DNA of 64,000 nt from Parasitella parasitica NRRL 2501 (GCA_025201805.1 MU619369.1:7535-71534), one strand, 5' to 3'. Positions 25,960-40,241 are shown, counted from the stretch's first letter. A program made the numbers and translations. Notes: generated from the sequence alone by a model not told the origin.

Positions 25960-27117
25960 GCAGCCTGCTAAATCTCGCAAATCCTCATTAAAGGCTAAAA
26001 GGCATCGTTCTTTGGGCAAGTTGGATATCTATGGGTCTTCAACTACAACTCCCCCACCTATACCAGATATGGCTTCTCTTGATCCTCTCCCTGCTAAACT
26101 AGAGCTGTGGACTCATGCGCAGTTATTAGAAAGAGTTATGGAACTCGAAAAAGAGAAGCAAGTAGCACAAACATCTATGATCAAACAAAAAGGTATATAC
26201 AAAGAGAAAATTGGCTTGAAATTATTCTAAGCGTGTTACACTAGATGAATGTGCTATTTCTGATGCTGCTGCCGTTACTTCTATAGCAATTGCTACACCC
26301 ATGGTTCGTAAGCCCTCTGCTGCTACAAACAAAGTAAGGTCTACTCCACACACTGATACAGAGTTGGAGGAAGACGAAGAGGAGGAAGAAGAAACTCAAA
26401 TCTGTAAATGGGATACTTGTAGCAAAGAATTAAGTTCTCTTGATGAGCTTATTAACCATGTCAAAACGGATCATATTGGCAGTGGAAAGGTATATAATAT
26501 CGAAAAAAAAAAAAAAAATGGCAACTTGCAACTTCACTCACACGCACACACCATCAATTTAGGCTAATTACTATTGTTTGTGGAAAGATTGTGCACGCAA
26601 ACAGAAACCGTTTACAAAAAGACATAAAATGCATAATCATCTTCGTACGCATACAGGAGAAAGGCCCTTTGTTTGTCAAGAACCAGGTGAGTAAATTATG
26701 TAGTGCAATTGTTTATCAAAACCTGATTTTTGATCATCGATAGATTGTGGCAAGAGATTCTCTAGGCCTGATTCTTTAACAACACACGCCAAGATCCATT
26801 CAAATATTAGACCATACACTTGTACCTTCAATGATTGTGGCAAGGCCTATTATCACCTTCGATCATTACGCAAGCACGAAAGAAGCCACGCCACATCGAC
26901 CACCACAGCAACACAAGACATGCCTAAATCATTGTCCTCCTCTTGTCCTCCTCCTGTCCCTGCTCCTGTTTCAATGTCGGCTGTGGCACACACTACAACT
27001 TTACATCCTGCTGATGATCTTTTGGTAGGACGAGACGACCAGATATTCTCAGATTGGGGATTATCTGCTCAAGCGGCAGTTTTTGATGTCATGAACAGAG
27101 AGAATGTGAACATGTAA
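24905..27117 (+). CDS. C2H2 zinc-finger transcription factor, GLI/Zic-like tandem fingers, polyQ
   Basis: Spliced fingers CKWDTC...HVKTDH, CLWKDC...KPFTKRHKMHNHLRTHTGERPF, CQEPDCGKRFSRPDSLTTHAKIH, CTFNDCGKAYYHLRSLRKHERSH; start at 24905 inferred from a phase-compatible intron 25025-25072. Confidence 0.88.
25874..25963 (+). repeat. CAG/CAA trinucleotide tract (polyQ) inside the C2H2 gene
   Basis: About 30 consecutive codons, almost all Gln. Confidence 0.95.
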
Positions 27118-27187
27118 ATTTAGATTTTTGTAAATTACAGATATATACCAATTTTTGTTAAAATAAGTCTTGCAATATAAACACTTG

Positions 27188-27218
<31 letters not shown>

Positions 27219-27231
27219 TCTCTTTCTCTCT
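27188..27231. repeat. (CT)n microsatellite
   Basis: ctctctct... tract downstream of the C2H2 gene. Confidence 0.95.
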
Positions 27232-28145
27232 TTTTCCCCCTAAATCCTAAAACATGATATTTATGCGCAAAGTATATATTTATATATTGTATGTAAATAG
27301 AGAATTTGAAGAATTTATATGCAATTTGTATTTATAAAATGAATCTAATCTCTCCTTGCACAGTTTTCTCGTTTGAGAGAGAGTCTAAATATAAACTTTT
27401 ATGTAGCCATAAAGATTTTCTTATTTCTCGCAATGCTCAGTCATCTTTTTAATACAAGCAGTATCTATATTATACAATCAAATCACGATATAGGGATCCG
27501 TTGATTGACGGAAGGCATGTACAAATGTGTATATAAACGCAAAAGATATAAAAAAAAATGCAATTTTGCAATTAGGTTGCACCAGATACATTATTCTCGG
27601 GAAAGGGCCGATGCTAGTGTTTTTATTACAAATACTTGTATGTTTATATACTTCGCAGTCGTGTCAATACATTATCACAGGTTAATATGTGTGATTTCAA
27701 AAGGATGAACTATATAAGGTTTTTCCTTTGCTATAGATTGGATTATTGTTATCCTTGTATTTTTAAATCACTGCTGGTAAACTGTTTTGTTGGATGGATT
27801 CGTTATACAGATTTCCCTAGTTTTGATTCAACCGATGAACAAACGAAAGGGTCGTGCTTCAAATTCAGATGTTTTATGTATGTGCCTTTGCAATTCTCAA
27901 CCATATCATACTGATAATTAAGAGTAAAGAACACGCCCGCTTATCTTTTATTGAGTATCGCCTACTTCACAAGTAATTGGGGGCAAAATGAGCAACTAGG
28001 TGGTATTTTAGAAACTTCAAGGTATTTTAGTGCTAAATAGACAATGAATAAAACATGTAGACGACGTAATTCTCCTTGAAGTATAGGACATTATAATTAT
28101 TATTTCAGTGATCTTTATTTCCTGGACATGTATATATAAATGAAT

Positions 28146-30472
28146 TTACAACGCTTGAGATACATTTTCAAAAAGAGCTTTAACAGCACCAGGGAGCTCT
28201 CTTTCGACAGAGGCAAGCGATCTTTGTAATGATTCCACGGCTGCTAAACTCTTGGGGTTTTTGCAGTTTTTCTGGAGCTATATGAAAACGTGAGTTTAGT
28301 GTGTATTTCACTTTTCTTATTGAAACCTTACTTCGATCAACAAGGGTGAAATTAACTCTAAAATTGGAGTATCGCTATATTGTCTTGACGAAGCCACAGT
28401 GTTGACACTTCGAGTAGAAGAGAATCTATTGGAAGTTGATGGCAAAACATTGGAGGCAATGTTCTGAATCATACTGCTTCGTTTATTTTGTTCAGCAAAA
28501 CCTCCAAATTCTGCCTTGCGTACAGTATCGTGATCGTATTCGGTCATGCTATTTCTGAAACTGGTTTTTTGTAACTGGTTCTATCATCGATATTAGAGTA
28601 GCTTTCTGGAAAGGGGCATAGTTCACTTACAGTTATTTCGTTTACCCGCGAAGAAGGTTGCTGGCTTTGCTGCTGAGGTTTTACTTGCATTCTGCTTGTA
28701 GTGCGTGGTAGTTGATTTTGGTTCTGCTGTTGGTAGCTTGTTTCGCTAGACAAACTGCTCACAGAATATTGACTGGGCGAGTGATTCATTTGCTGAAGCA
28801 CTTTTTTTGGTGGCTCTTTGATTGTACCGAAATCCCAAGCATCATCATCGTCATTGTCGACACTGTGCAATATGCGTTACACCCTTTTGCGCTTATAAAT
28901 CTGATGAAATCCTAAACTTACTCGTTTTCCTCTTCAGAAGAATTATCGTCATATCCATTAGTGCTACGCCATCTCTCGTGGCCTTCAATCAATTCTGTTA
29001 AATACGCAACTTTTTTACTGCTCTTGATGAATTTGTGCTTCAAAAGATCTTTTGCGGTGGGTCGCTAGTCGTTGGCTTGTAAGTGAGAATGCGTATAGAT
29101 GACATGCAAAAAAAAACAGAAACTTACATTGGAAGGACTTGTCTGTAAACACATGCTAACAAAATCGCGAAAAGCTTTACTGTGAGGAGGGCCAAGGGTC
29201 GGAGGGTCATTTTTGGGTATATGGAATAAAACTTTCATAGGGTGCATGTTTGCATAAGGTGGCTCTCCTTTGGCGAGTTCGATTGCTGTGATGCCAAGGG
29301 ACCAAATATCAGCTTTGTAATCGTAACCGGATTGTTTAATAACCTCTGGAGCCATCCAAAACTATCGGACGCAAGTTACTTACACGATTACAACATGATT
29401 CCCTAGTTGTGCACTTACTGGTGTTCCAACAAATGTGTTTTTCTTTGTCAGAGTAGCAGTGATCTACAACAGAATATACAAATTAACGATGTTTTGAAAT
29501 TGCAATGTTTTCAGTTCAGTTACTTGTCCTGATACACCGAAATCTGCCAGTTTGACTAAAAAGAATGGTCATGATTTAGCAACCTTCAGATATTGGATTT
29601 ATATCTCTTTTTAAACCTTACCTTCACCATTGGAGCTTAACAAGATGTTGGCGGCTGTGAAAGACGGTGAGCTTCTTGGAAAAAAAAAACTCTCCACCCA
29701 AAAAAATGTTGCTGTTTACCTTTGATGTCTATTTTGAAGCTGCTACTTAGTAACTCTTCAATGTAAAATCTCTTTTGGTATCTCCTTACCTCTGTGTAAT
29801 TTTCCTTCGTTATGAAGGTAATCTAAACCTTTCAGTAATTCCTTGATAATGATTGCAATGTATTCTTCACGGATGATTCCCATTTTCATCTGGTCGATGA
29901 ATCAGTGCATGCGTTTATTTGGTATGAAATTCATAACTCACCAAATCACTACAAGAACCACCTGAACAGTATTCCATAATAATCCATAAGCCAGTTCCCT
30001 TAAGATATGATCCATGGTACCTGTAATTTAGGGAGAATCAGATGGATTATTTTTAATAAAAAGGAGGTGAAAAGGTGCAATTACTTTGTTACGAAGGGCG
30101 AATCCAATTGAGAGAGGATAGCTATCTCTTGCTGAATATCATCGATTTCGTCTTCTGCGCTCTCAAGATCAATGATTTTGATGGCAACTGGCTTATTTGT
30201 ACGTTTATCCAACCTATTTAGTGATCTCTCGCGTTAGCAACTTTTGCCTCGCGGAATATGCCTGAATTTACCCTTTGAAGACTTCACCAAAAGAGCCTTT
30301 GCCTGCGTCGAAATGGGTCAAATAACAATGAAAACATGCAAAGCTTAAGAAGCTTACCAATGCGCTCTTGCTTTAAATAATATACCTCTGGATCGGTAGA
30401 CTGATTTGCAGCACTCTAAATTCAAGGCTGTCAGAGAAAACTACACCTGATCTCATGCAAAAAATGTACCAT
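28146..30472 (-). CDS. STE20-family GCK-III Ser/Thr kinase (STK24/25, MST3-like), highly fragmented by introns
   Basis: [88 protein letters not shown]; C-terminal helical region ending VSQAL*. Confidence 0.93.
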
Positions 30473-30669
30473 TTAATAATTTATACAGTTTCTGGTTGAA
30501 AGAAAACAAAAAAGAAAGAAAGAAAGAAAATCAAGGAGAAAAATCATTCAAATTATAGATATCGAGGGGAGCGGGAAAAGGGAATCATCCAAATTAGGAT
30601 TTACAGTAAACAACACGTTTTTGAGATTGAAGCAAAAGGGCATGAATTTTATTGTTGTCAGTTTATGTT

Positions 30670-32286
30670 TTAAAACAACAAGCTCGCTGCTAAATCTGGA
30701 TTGCCTCCAGCCATTTCTAACGCATTCAGCGCTTCCTGTCAATTTCAGATGGGTCAGCGATACATGTAGGTTTGAGTTGCAGAGACATGTTTACCTGACG
30801 ACTAACTCCCATATCAGTGAGAACTTTAATGTCTTTTTCTGGATATGCTGCTGTTGTTTCTGCCGCTGCCGAGCTAGTCGAGGGTGGGGTGGATATCTGA
30901 GGCACAACTGTTCGTCCCTCTATGGCGGTTTCATCTTCATCACTGCCATGAATTTCTATTCTTCTCTGCTTTTCAGGAAGTTCATGTTCTGCCAAAAACG
31001 GGATGTCACAACTATCAAATGTTAAAGCATTCTTGCGAAGATCAATACAGGCACGATGCTTTTTTAACATATCGAGGCCGAAAAGCAGTTCAGACCCTTT
31101 CCCCTCGACAACAATGAATGAGCATGGCAAGAATAAATTTTGTGATAGTCGCATTTGAGCACTATGAATACGGCCTAAAATTTTTGCTGTACCAACGCCT
31201 TTAGCTACCCCACTGAATCGTGTATCCAGTAACCGCATCAAACCACATGATTCAGCCGTTTCGGGGCTGACTATAGTATGGCCTTGGGTTAACTTTTTTT
31301 TTGCTTATCTCCACTTTAGCAATATGTTACTCACTGACTGTGCTTTGGGCACCTGAATCGACAAGAGCGACCAAATGCTTACCATTAATTTCGACATTGA
31401 TATAAAGACGAGTTACCTTTGATTTTAAAGAAAAATAAAAAAAAAGATTACTACGCAGAAGATAAAGTTGTCATGGAAACAAATTACCCTAGCAAATGAT
31501 TCAGGGTTATGCTCCATGGCAGCTTCTAGGTTGGCTGCAATATTTTCTTGTCGGATGGCATCTTCAATTCGTTTTTGAGCTTCGACATCAAATGGATCGT
31601 CATTGGTTGCAGCCTAATGTCGGTAGAAGTTAGTGTATCTTACGGCAACCTATGCCTATCGATAAACTTGCAAGTTGTGCTTTCTGCACGCTTGCAGAAT
31701 GCCTAGTTTGTTCAATCTGCTGGACCATGGTAGAGAATTTTTCAGGGTCGTTTCTAGCAGCACGAGCCAATTCTGGATTCGTCTAATGAGGAGGAATCGT
31801 TTAGACAAACATAATATACTGCAACATCCAATTTGTCAACTTGCACTTTCTAACTGTTGTAAAAGACGAGGATCGTTTAATACATGTTGACGCATAAGCT
31901 CAAAATTAGAATTGCCTCCCCTATATTATCGGTAATCAGTTGACAAATCGAATCGCACAAGATTCATGTATGTGTGTATATCATTTTACGTTGTGCTGCC
32001 TTGTTGTTGTTGCTGTCGCATAGAAATAATCTCATTCTGGCCAACTCCATATTCTTCTAATGTCTTTTTAGGCTCGTTCAGCTCATGGCCGTTATAAGAC
32101 AAGCGCAGCAATTGAGGTGAGATGCCAGACTGTATACAGAAATTAGACATTAGCATAAAAAAGTAAAAGAGGTTCCCCTTTTTCCTCTACCTCTTCTCCC
32201 AACAGAGCCTTCAAGTCTTCGATAGCCATTTGGCTATCAACATCGAGATTGTATATCTCTTCGCCATCTACAACGGTTACTAACAT
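30670..32286 (-). CDS. DDI1: DNA-damage-inducible protein 1 (UBL, retroviral-like aspartyl protease, UBA)
   Basis: N-terminal UBL, DPFDVEAQKRIEDAIRQENI, ALVDSGAQ protease motif, DTRFSGVAKGVGTAKILGRIH, GLDMLKKH, C-terminal UBA EALNALEMAGGNPDLAASLLF*. Confidence 0.95.
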
Positions 32287-32770
32287 TTATTTAGAAAGAA
32301 AAGAATAAATAAGAGTAGTTGAGAAAGGAAGGCCCACAAGACGCGATCGTTTATGAGACACAAATTCCCCGGAATTTCAAACATTACAGGAACTTCTGGA
32401 TATTGCGCAACATTGGTGATATGTATTTTAAGCAATTATCGATCAACTAGCAATAAACATAGTAGCCACATTTATAAATCAGTTCAATAAGGTTAAATTT
32501 TTAAGTTTATTTATTGAGATATCCAGTTGCTTTCACATGTTGAGGTTTTGGATTGATTATATACGTTACATACAAGCCTCTCTTTTTCAGTGATCATCAA
32601 TGCTAAATTAAATTTTGCATAAATTAACTCTTGAAAAATCTTTTATTGAGCATTTCTGGCATAACATAGGCTTGAGGATGGGAATAAATGCCATGTTCTG
32701 CTACGAAACTTTATACAAGCAGTATCAGTTGATATATTAAAGTTTATTAGTAATGTATGTGTGTGTATTA

Positions 32771-33406
32771 TTAAAAGGGGTCTAACATGAAATTATATAC
32801 TTGTCCAGCAGATCGAGCAACTCTCTGTGCACAACGAGTGGAAGACGAAAATGTATACAAATTCGACAGCAAGTTAAAGATGCGGGTAGGCAACAAAGAC
32901 GTGGCCCAGACGACATCAACGGGAATAAAGTCCTTGAGTGGTATTCTTACATTACGAGAAGAAGCAGTGTTTCTGTGTTTCTGCTTAAATAATTGTACAA
33001 CATGTTTATGGCCAGCCTCTATTGCCAAACGTTCAGCGGTTTTCCCAACGCTATTTACAATTCTTAAATTGCTTGCATCAATCAACAATTTTACAATTTC
33101 AATTTTGCCAGACCAGCTTGCAAAATGAAGAGCTGTAAATCCATTTTTATCAACCTGATCCACGTTGCATTTGAGTTTGACGAGTGTTTTGACCAAACTG
33201 GTATAGCCGCAAAGTGTGGCCAGATGTAGTAGACTGTGCTGATTGACGTTGGTTAGCAACAGATGACTAGAGTTGCATGGAATGTATTCAATGGCCAGCA
33301 AACTGGCAATGACAGTCTGTTCTAGATGTGAAAGGAACAGTTTTCGTGCATTGTCGTAAACTGCTGTTGCCGCCATTGTAGTCATTTTTTGCTGTTGCTG
33401 TTGTTG

Positions 33407-33445
<39 letters not shown>

Positions 33446-36144
33446 GTGGTGTGTAGGACCTTTTCCTTGGGAATTGTCGCCTTGAACAATACGCATGGCG
33501 ATTTGTCTAGCGTCTTCCACTTTGCCCATTGTTTTGAGTCCGACTACTTGCAATGCTAGCTCCATAAGTGCACGATCGCTTTCGTCAAAGTAGGTGAACA
33601 ATACGACATCTTGACCTTCCAGCATCAAGGGGTGTTCCTTGAAAGACACAACAACAGGACCTGCAGTAGCTGCAGGCGGCAAAATACACAAAAGCGTATT
33701 AGCACTCCAGCAATGAGTAGGGATAGCCGGATTTTCGCCAAATAAGCATGTCAGCCCTTCATAGAAATTACTGCCTAACACTGTCACTTCAGCGCCACCG
33801 TAAATAGGGCCTTCAGACGGAATTAATCGATGCAAACGAGGCAAATTATTTTTGCCGCCTTCCAACGCATTTCGTTCGGATAGCTTAGCATAAAGGTTAT
33901 TCTGATATTGATTCTGTTGTTGGTGTGTTGACTGCTGTGCTTGGGACATGCAATTACCGAAAACAGTGGCTCTTCTTCTGTTCATAGATGACTGCACGGG
34001 ATTCTGTGTAAAGTGGCTCAACATTTGCTGCTGTTGTTGTAGATGCTGTTGCTGCTGGTGGTGGTGCTGTTCTGGGTTCATCAACGATAGAGACTGGTGT
34101 GTAATATGCGTCATATGAGACATTTGCGATTGAGAATGTAGTGGTTGTTGATGCTGCTGAGGTAATAAATTGAGATCATTCGAGTTGAGAAAGTCAAACA
34201 GTTCGCTCTGTTGTTGCTGAGCTTGAGGTTGTTCATGATGATGCTCATACTGGTGTTGGTGGTGCGATTGTTGCAGCTGAGATACAAAATGGTCTTGATT
34301 ATCTTCTGCCAATGGATGCTGTTTGCTGTCATTTACAAACTGCTGATGATTCGACATACTCAAAGCGGTAGGGATGATGAGGGTGGATGAGGTGTTTATG
34401 GACGCAGGCGCATTAGTATTAGTATTATTATTACTATTAGCCGTTGTCGTGGCCGTTGCTGCAGTAGATGTAGTCGGGCCATCAGTTTTTGAAGAGCGTT
34501 CAGGTATGTCATCTACTTGAGAGGATGGTGTAGCTGGCGTCGATGCAACAGGGCTAGAAACACCAGAATCAGTCTCAATCTCTGCCTTTCTTCTCGATGT
34601 TGATGGGGCATCGCTTTCAGTTGCAGAAGCGTCCATGTCTGCACGAGTTCTTTTTCTTGCGGCTGCTTGCTGCATTTTGGAGCTTTTGTGATCGTCTGTT
34701 ATCATGATTGGAGGTGAACGGCCTGTAGCAATCACATGGTCCAAATTGTCTTTCACAGTAAATACGATTCTTGAAAAAACATAGAAAAAAAAAATTGGGT
34801 TAATGGAGAACATGTAAAGGCAATTCATTGTCCGTCGCTTACCTAAAGCCTGCTTTTTCGCTATGATGGCGACAGTAGCATGTTACTCGTGTTGGCAATG
34901 TCGCTTCACCACTGTTGAATTCGACATACTCATTGCAATTAAAGAGCAGTATTCTTTTTCTTTCCTCTGCCATAACGGTTTCATTGCTCAAATCAGGCAA
35001 ATCGTTAGCAAACAAAGCAGCAAGTTTGGCCGCACCACCCTCTTTATTTGCAGCACGAGCGACCTTATTGTCACGTTTTCTCTTTAGTCTTTTACGCTAA
35101 AAATTAAAAGAGTTGAGCCTTACAGGGCATAATGGTCTTGAAATTAGTCCACATACCTCTCGATGAACACAGCTTGTACACATGATGATTTCATTGTCTG
35201 GCTGGCCGTTGCAAACGACAGCAGCTTCCAAGGTCAATACTTGGTTGTCCGTAAGGGATGCCTTTTCATCCGCCCCATACTTTTGGTTTTTGCGCTTCAA
35301 TTTGTCTTTGGCCACAAGATGTTCAGGTAATTTGATGTGAGACCAATTGGTGGCTAATTCTCCAGTAGTATCCACTAGCTGGAGACAGATCTTGATTTGC
35401 GTTTCTACTCTGGACTTTGCGCCAGTATGGGGTAAGCCCAATACTCGAATATGCCATGGACTATCATTCCGGATGCTTTTTTTTTGTAAGGTTAGAGTTT
35501 TCACTCGCAAACATTTTCAGACTTACATTGGGGAAGATGTCAAGTTTGCATCTGCTTCTTCTTCTATTTCTCCAGGGCCAAGTAAGCTTTGACTAAAAAC
35601 ATATTAATCGCTTGTGATGTTTGCTATCATGACTAAATTTTACCCTGGAAGCGATGTTTGAGCTAAAAAGTCTTCAAAATTCAAGCAATTTCTGGCCAGG
35701 ATAGGAATGGCATGTAATAAGGGATTTGTGAAAACCTTAATTTCCTCGTTAGAGATAGTATTGCTATGTGGATTGTGGAGAACCACTTACATGCAGCAAA
35801 GAAGAATGTCCTGCTTCTTTCGCTTTCTGCTTATCCTTCTTTGTACGCTCTGCCGGTTTGGCAAATCCTGGTTGCTCCTCTTGCTTTATCTTCATATTTT
35901 GCTCAAGAAGCTGATTAGGATCGATCCCCAGCTGACTATTCGATGAGGAATCAAAGGATAAATGCTGATTGTTATATCCGGCCACTTGGCTCAGGAAAAT
36001 GTCCATCGCTTGATCATTATTGTTAGTGTTATTGTTATTGTTATTATTATTGTTATTAGGTAAAAGAGATAGGCTGTCATCGACTCTTTGCGAATGCGGT
36101 GGGGGTGATGGTTTTTTGTCGTTTGTTTCCAGTGGTGGAGACAT
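32771..36144 (-). CDS. SPT23: SPT23/MGA2-like transcription factor (IPT/TIG domain plus ankyrin repeats)
   Basis: KSRVETQIKICL, CTSCVHRE, PIMITDDHK, IPSEGPIYGGAEVTVLGSNF, DRALMELALQVVGLK, ankyrin repeats; 3' end could include a further small exon. Confidence 0.88.
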
Positions 36145-36309
36145 TGTGCGTTGTTGCTTAAAAAAGAGAAAAAGAAGAAGAAAAAAGAAAAGAAATAAAG
36201 AAAAAAAGAAAACGAATGATTCATCTCTCTTCGGTTAAAATATCACCACTGGCTTCCAACAGCCAGCCTTCGGTACGTCATGAGCAAATTTTTTTATTAG
36301 CACAAGAAA

Positions 36310-37494
36310 CTAATTGCTCTTAGCAAACTCGACTCTTAAAATGAGATTATCATAGCCACGGCCGTTGATATTCTGCTGAGCCTTCTCAGCTTGTTCACGC
36401 TCGTTGAAGGTAACAAAAGCGAACCCCTTACAGAGATTGGTTTCACGATCACGAGCCAGAAAGACACGGGCGAGGCCGTTGAACCGGCCAAAGAGATCAT
36501 ATATATCGTTGTCAGTAACATCTTCAGACAAGTTTGTAACACGGAGAGTGGCAGAATCATCACGCTTTTGATCGCCACGCATAGACTCACCACTACCACC
36601 TTGCGCCTTACCACGAAGATGGGGAGGTGTATATTTGCTAGGTCCTGAACTACTGTCTGCTGCTTCTGATGCAGTCTCGGCTCCGTCGAGTTTAACAGCT
36701 TCGATTGTAGAAGCAATTTCGTCCAAAGGCTTCATAGTGTCCTTATAAGGACACTTACTTGTGAAATGCTCTCCTTTACAAATACGGCATGCAATATTCT
36801 TGGCCTTGAGTTGACCATTAAGCTTCTCCTTGGCTTCTTCTTCCGTAGCCGCTTCCACAGTCTAATTACCATTGAATATCATTAGCTAAACATGCTCACT
36901 AATGCATAACATGTATCTTTTCCATACCTTGCCGGTACTTGATCCCAATTTCAAAGGAATATTTTCACCAATAGTGGTAGTAGAAAGATCAGGGCCGGCC
37001 TTGTTACCCTTCTCTTCTCCAAATTTAGCCCACTTTTTACGCAGTGCAACACTTTTATTGACATGTTCAGTTATGAGCTTTGCACGAAGTTTACGAGTAA
37101 CCTAAGTAGATGAAATAATTCGCATTAATACCATCCGAGTTTATTTCGCTTAAATAATCCAACCTTGACTTTCTTGCCATCATCGTTGTCTCTATATTCA
37201 ATAATAACCTTGTTGCCATCTTCGTCAGTGTACATTTGAGGTTGGAAAGAATCTAGTTTTTCAAGTTTTTTCGTTTTTTTTTTTTTTTTGAGCATTCGGT
37301 TATCGAGTGTTTGTCGCCATCTTTGGTTGTGATAGATTACCTTCCTCGTCCTCATATTCATCAGCCCAGGAAGCCTTAGCTGGTGCACTACAAATGTTGA
37401 TACAGAAATCGTTAATACAAGATTTCATGTCGTGTCACTGTACAAGAAATGCTTTGTTTCAGAAATCAATAACATACGCAGTATCAACAGCCAT
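36310..37494 (-). CDS. TIF35: Eukaryotic translation initiation factor 3 subunit G
   Basis: ASWADE, RKKWAKFG, zinc knuckle CRICKGEHFTSKCPYKD, RRM ATLRVTNLSED...KGFAFVTF...GYDNLILRVEFAK. Confidence 0.96.
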
Positions 37495-38001
37495 TATATT
37501 ATATTATTAGAGAGGTTAAAGAGATTGTAAACTCAAGTAGAGATTGAATTCAAAGTATCCTGTATCAATATTTTTTCTATTTCAATAAGCCACTTCGTTT
37601 TGAACGTTGGTCGAGTCACATTGGGGTTGAAGATCTGAACATTATCTCTAAATTTAAGGTTCATTTCAATGCTCTACCATAAGAAGTTGATGTCTGTTTG
37701 AAAAGCCAAAAGGTAGAATAGATTTCTCTACTTGTTTTTACCTTGGATGCTTGGCAAATCACATCTGATCTGGTCGCCTAGCAACTAAAGATAGAGTCGT
37801 CTTTGGTTGCTATGATGAGGAACTCCGCTTTTCTCAAATGACGTTGCTTCGAGGAAGCAAACATATATGGAGCTTTGCCGCGCTTTAGGTTACTATTATT
37901 GCTTTTCTCCTTCTATTTTTATAAACAAACACAAACAGGCGGAAAATCCTCTAACAATACAGCGAAAAATATTTATAAGCACATATATCAGTATATAAAA
38001 A

Positions 38002-40241
38002 ATGTCAAGTACATCGCTATTCAAATGGATGGGTTTGGTAATTCGAATAGCCAATTTGAAGCCATGACAATAAACATCATATTCATGTCATATGCATTAG
38101 GGTCAGCAATCTGGAAATGGACATGGAGCAAAACCAGCTATTGATAACGATGCTGTTGATGAAGGAGAACGCTATTTCGGTCTAGAAAATGTAAGTTGCA
38201 ATCTACTCTACAATTAGCCTTTCCGCTGATGGTCTTTCCTTTTTTTTTGTTGTTATTTTAGTTTGGTAATACATGGTAGGTACAATTGAATAAAGAAATA
38301 CGTATAAGACCTAACAATTGAGAACAACAGTTATAGTAACTCGGTAGTTCAAGCTCTTTACTTTTGTAAACCATTTCGACAATGTGTATTGAATTTTCCA
38401 CAAGTCAGCACAGCTCAACTTTTTACACCACAACCGATACATCCTAATTCTCCTATGAGCAATGGACATTCGTATTTTCCAACGACAAGCTCGTCTACCA
38501 CCTCTTCATCTCCTTCCTCGAATCCAAAAAGTGGGACGAATACACCAAGTAAAGAGAATACTAATAAACGCTCGAGTAATACGACACCGGCTACCCAGCC
38601 AACTGTTATTGAGAAAGATCAAAATAATATGAATTTAGCTCCTGGTATGGAAGACACTCTTTTTTCCTCGCTAAAAGACTTATTTTGGAAAATATCACAA
38701 AATAAAAAGAAGAATGGAGTAATTGCACCTGTGAACTTTATCAACAAGGTCAAAAAAGAGAATGGTTGGTATTCTTAATACTTTTTGTATGCAGTGTGCT
38801 GATATTTATACACAGAGCTATTTCGATCAAGCATGCATCAAGATGCTCATGAGTTTTTAAATTATACATTAAACACTATTGCCGAAGATGTCCAGAAATA
38901 TCAACAAAAAATAGCAGATGAAAATGAGAGCAAGCAAGGAAGTACCAATAGTGATAGCCAAACCGACAGTACGGCAGGTACGATGTATTATCTTTGTGTA
39001 CGGTATTGAAACCAACTCAACATTTGCGACAGGTACGGGACAAAACCCAAAGAACACATGGGTTCATCAATTATTCGAAGGTGTATTTTCGAATGAAACA
39101 AAATGCTTATCTTGTGAAACTGTAAGTTTGCTGCATCAAGTTTTGTCGAGATAACCAAACAACTATTAGGTCACTAGTAGAGATGAGTGTTTTATGGATT
39201 TATCGATAGATGTGGAAATGAATTCGTCTATTACATCTTGCCTAAGGCAATTCTCGGCAAGCGAAACATTATGCCATAAAAACAAATACTTCTGTGATGT
39301 TTGCTCCGGTCTTCAAGAAGCAGAAAAAAGGTAATATCCTCATATGAATGCTGATGTTGTTGATTTTTAAAGAAATTTCGTCTAGAATGAAGATTAAGAA
39401 ACTACCCAACATATTGGCACTTCATCTAAAGCGTTTCAAATATCAAGAGCAACTGCAAAAGTACATCAAATTAACTTATAGAGTGGTTTTTCCTTTTGAA
39501 TTGAGATTATTCAACACAGTATGATTTAATGTATTGTATTTTACTATAAAAGTACTAAACTAAAGTGATTAGAGTGACGATACCGAAGATGCCGATAGAA
39601 TGTATGAGCTTTGGGGCATAGTAGTGCACATTGGAAGGTTTTTTTTTTTTTTTGAAATTCAAATCAAAGGCTCGACTTACTCATGTTTAATATAATAGTG
39701 GACCTCATCATGGACATTATGTTGCTATTATCAAAAGCAATGGCCAATGGATGCTTTTTGATGACGATGTAGTGACAGTAAGTACCTCTACTGTGAAATT
39801 TGAAAAGGACGATTTCAATTGAGACTATTCTAGCAAATCCAAGAGGAGGATATTCAAAAGTACTTTAGCGATCTTCCGGGAAGTGGATCAGGATATGTCC
39901 TGTTTTATCAAGCAGTCGATTTGAATATGGATGCTATTAATATAGGATTGGAAACAGCGAAAAAAATGGATGAAAGTAATAATAATCAAAGCAACGGCGG
40001 GCCATCAGCACTATCATTACAGCATCCCACTATTGCCACTATTCCTGTAAATCCTTTGCGATCAGACAATAATAACGATAACCACTTTAATCTTAAATCA
40101 CCTATACTGCAGAAAGAAGAGTGCAATGATATCCCTACACCAGAATCGACTCCTCCGCCTGTATTCGCTCCTCAACCACAGCAGCCCGAAGAAAAGAAGA
40201 CTAGATGGGGGTTAGGTCGTAAAAAGAGGGATAAAAAATAA
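38002..40241 (+). CDS. Ubiquitin-specific protease, USP12/46 (Ubp9/13, CreB)-like
   Basis: [74 protein letters not shown] across many exons. Confidence 0.92.
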
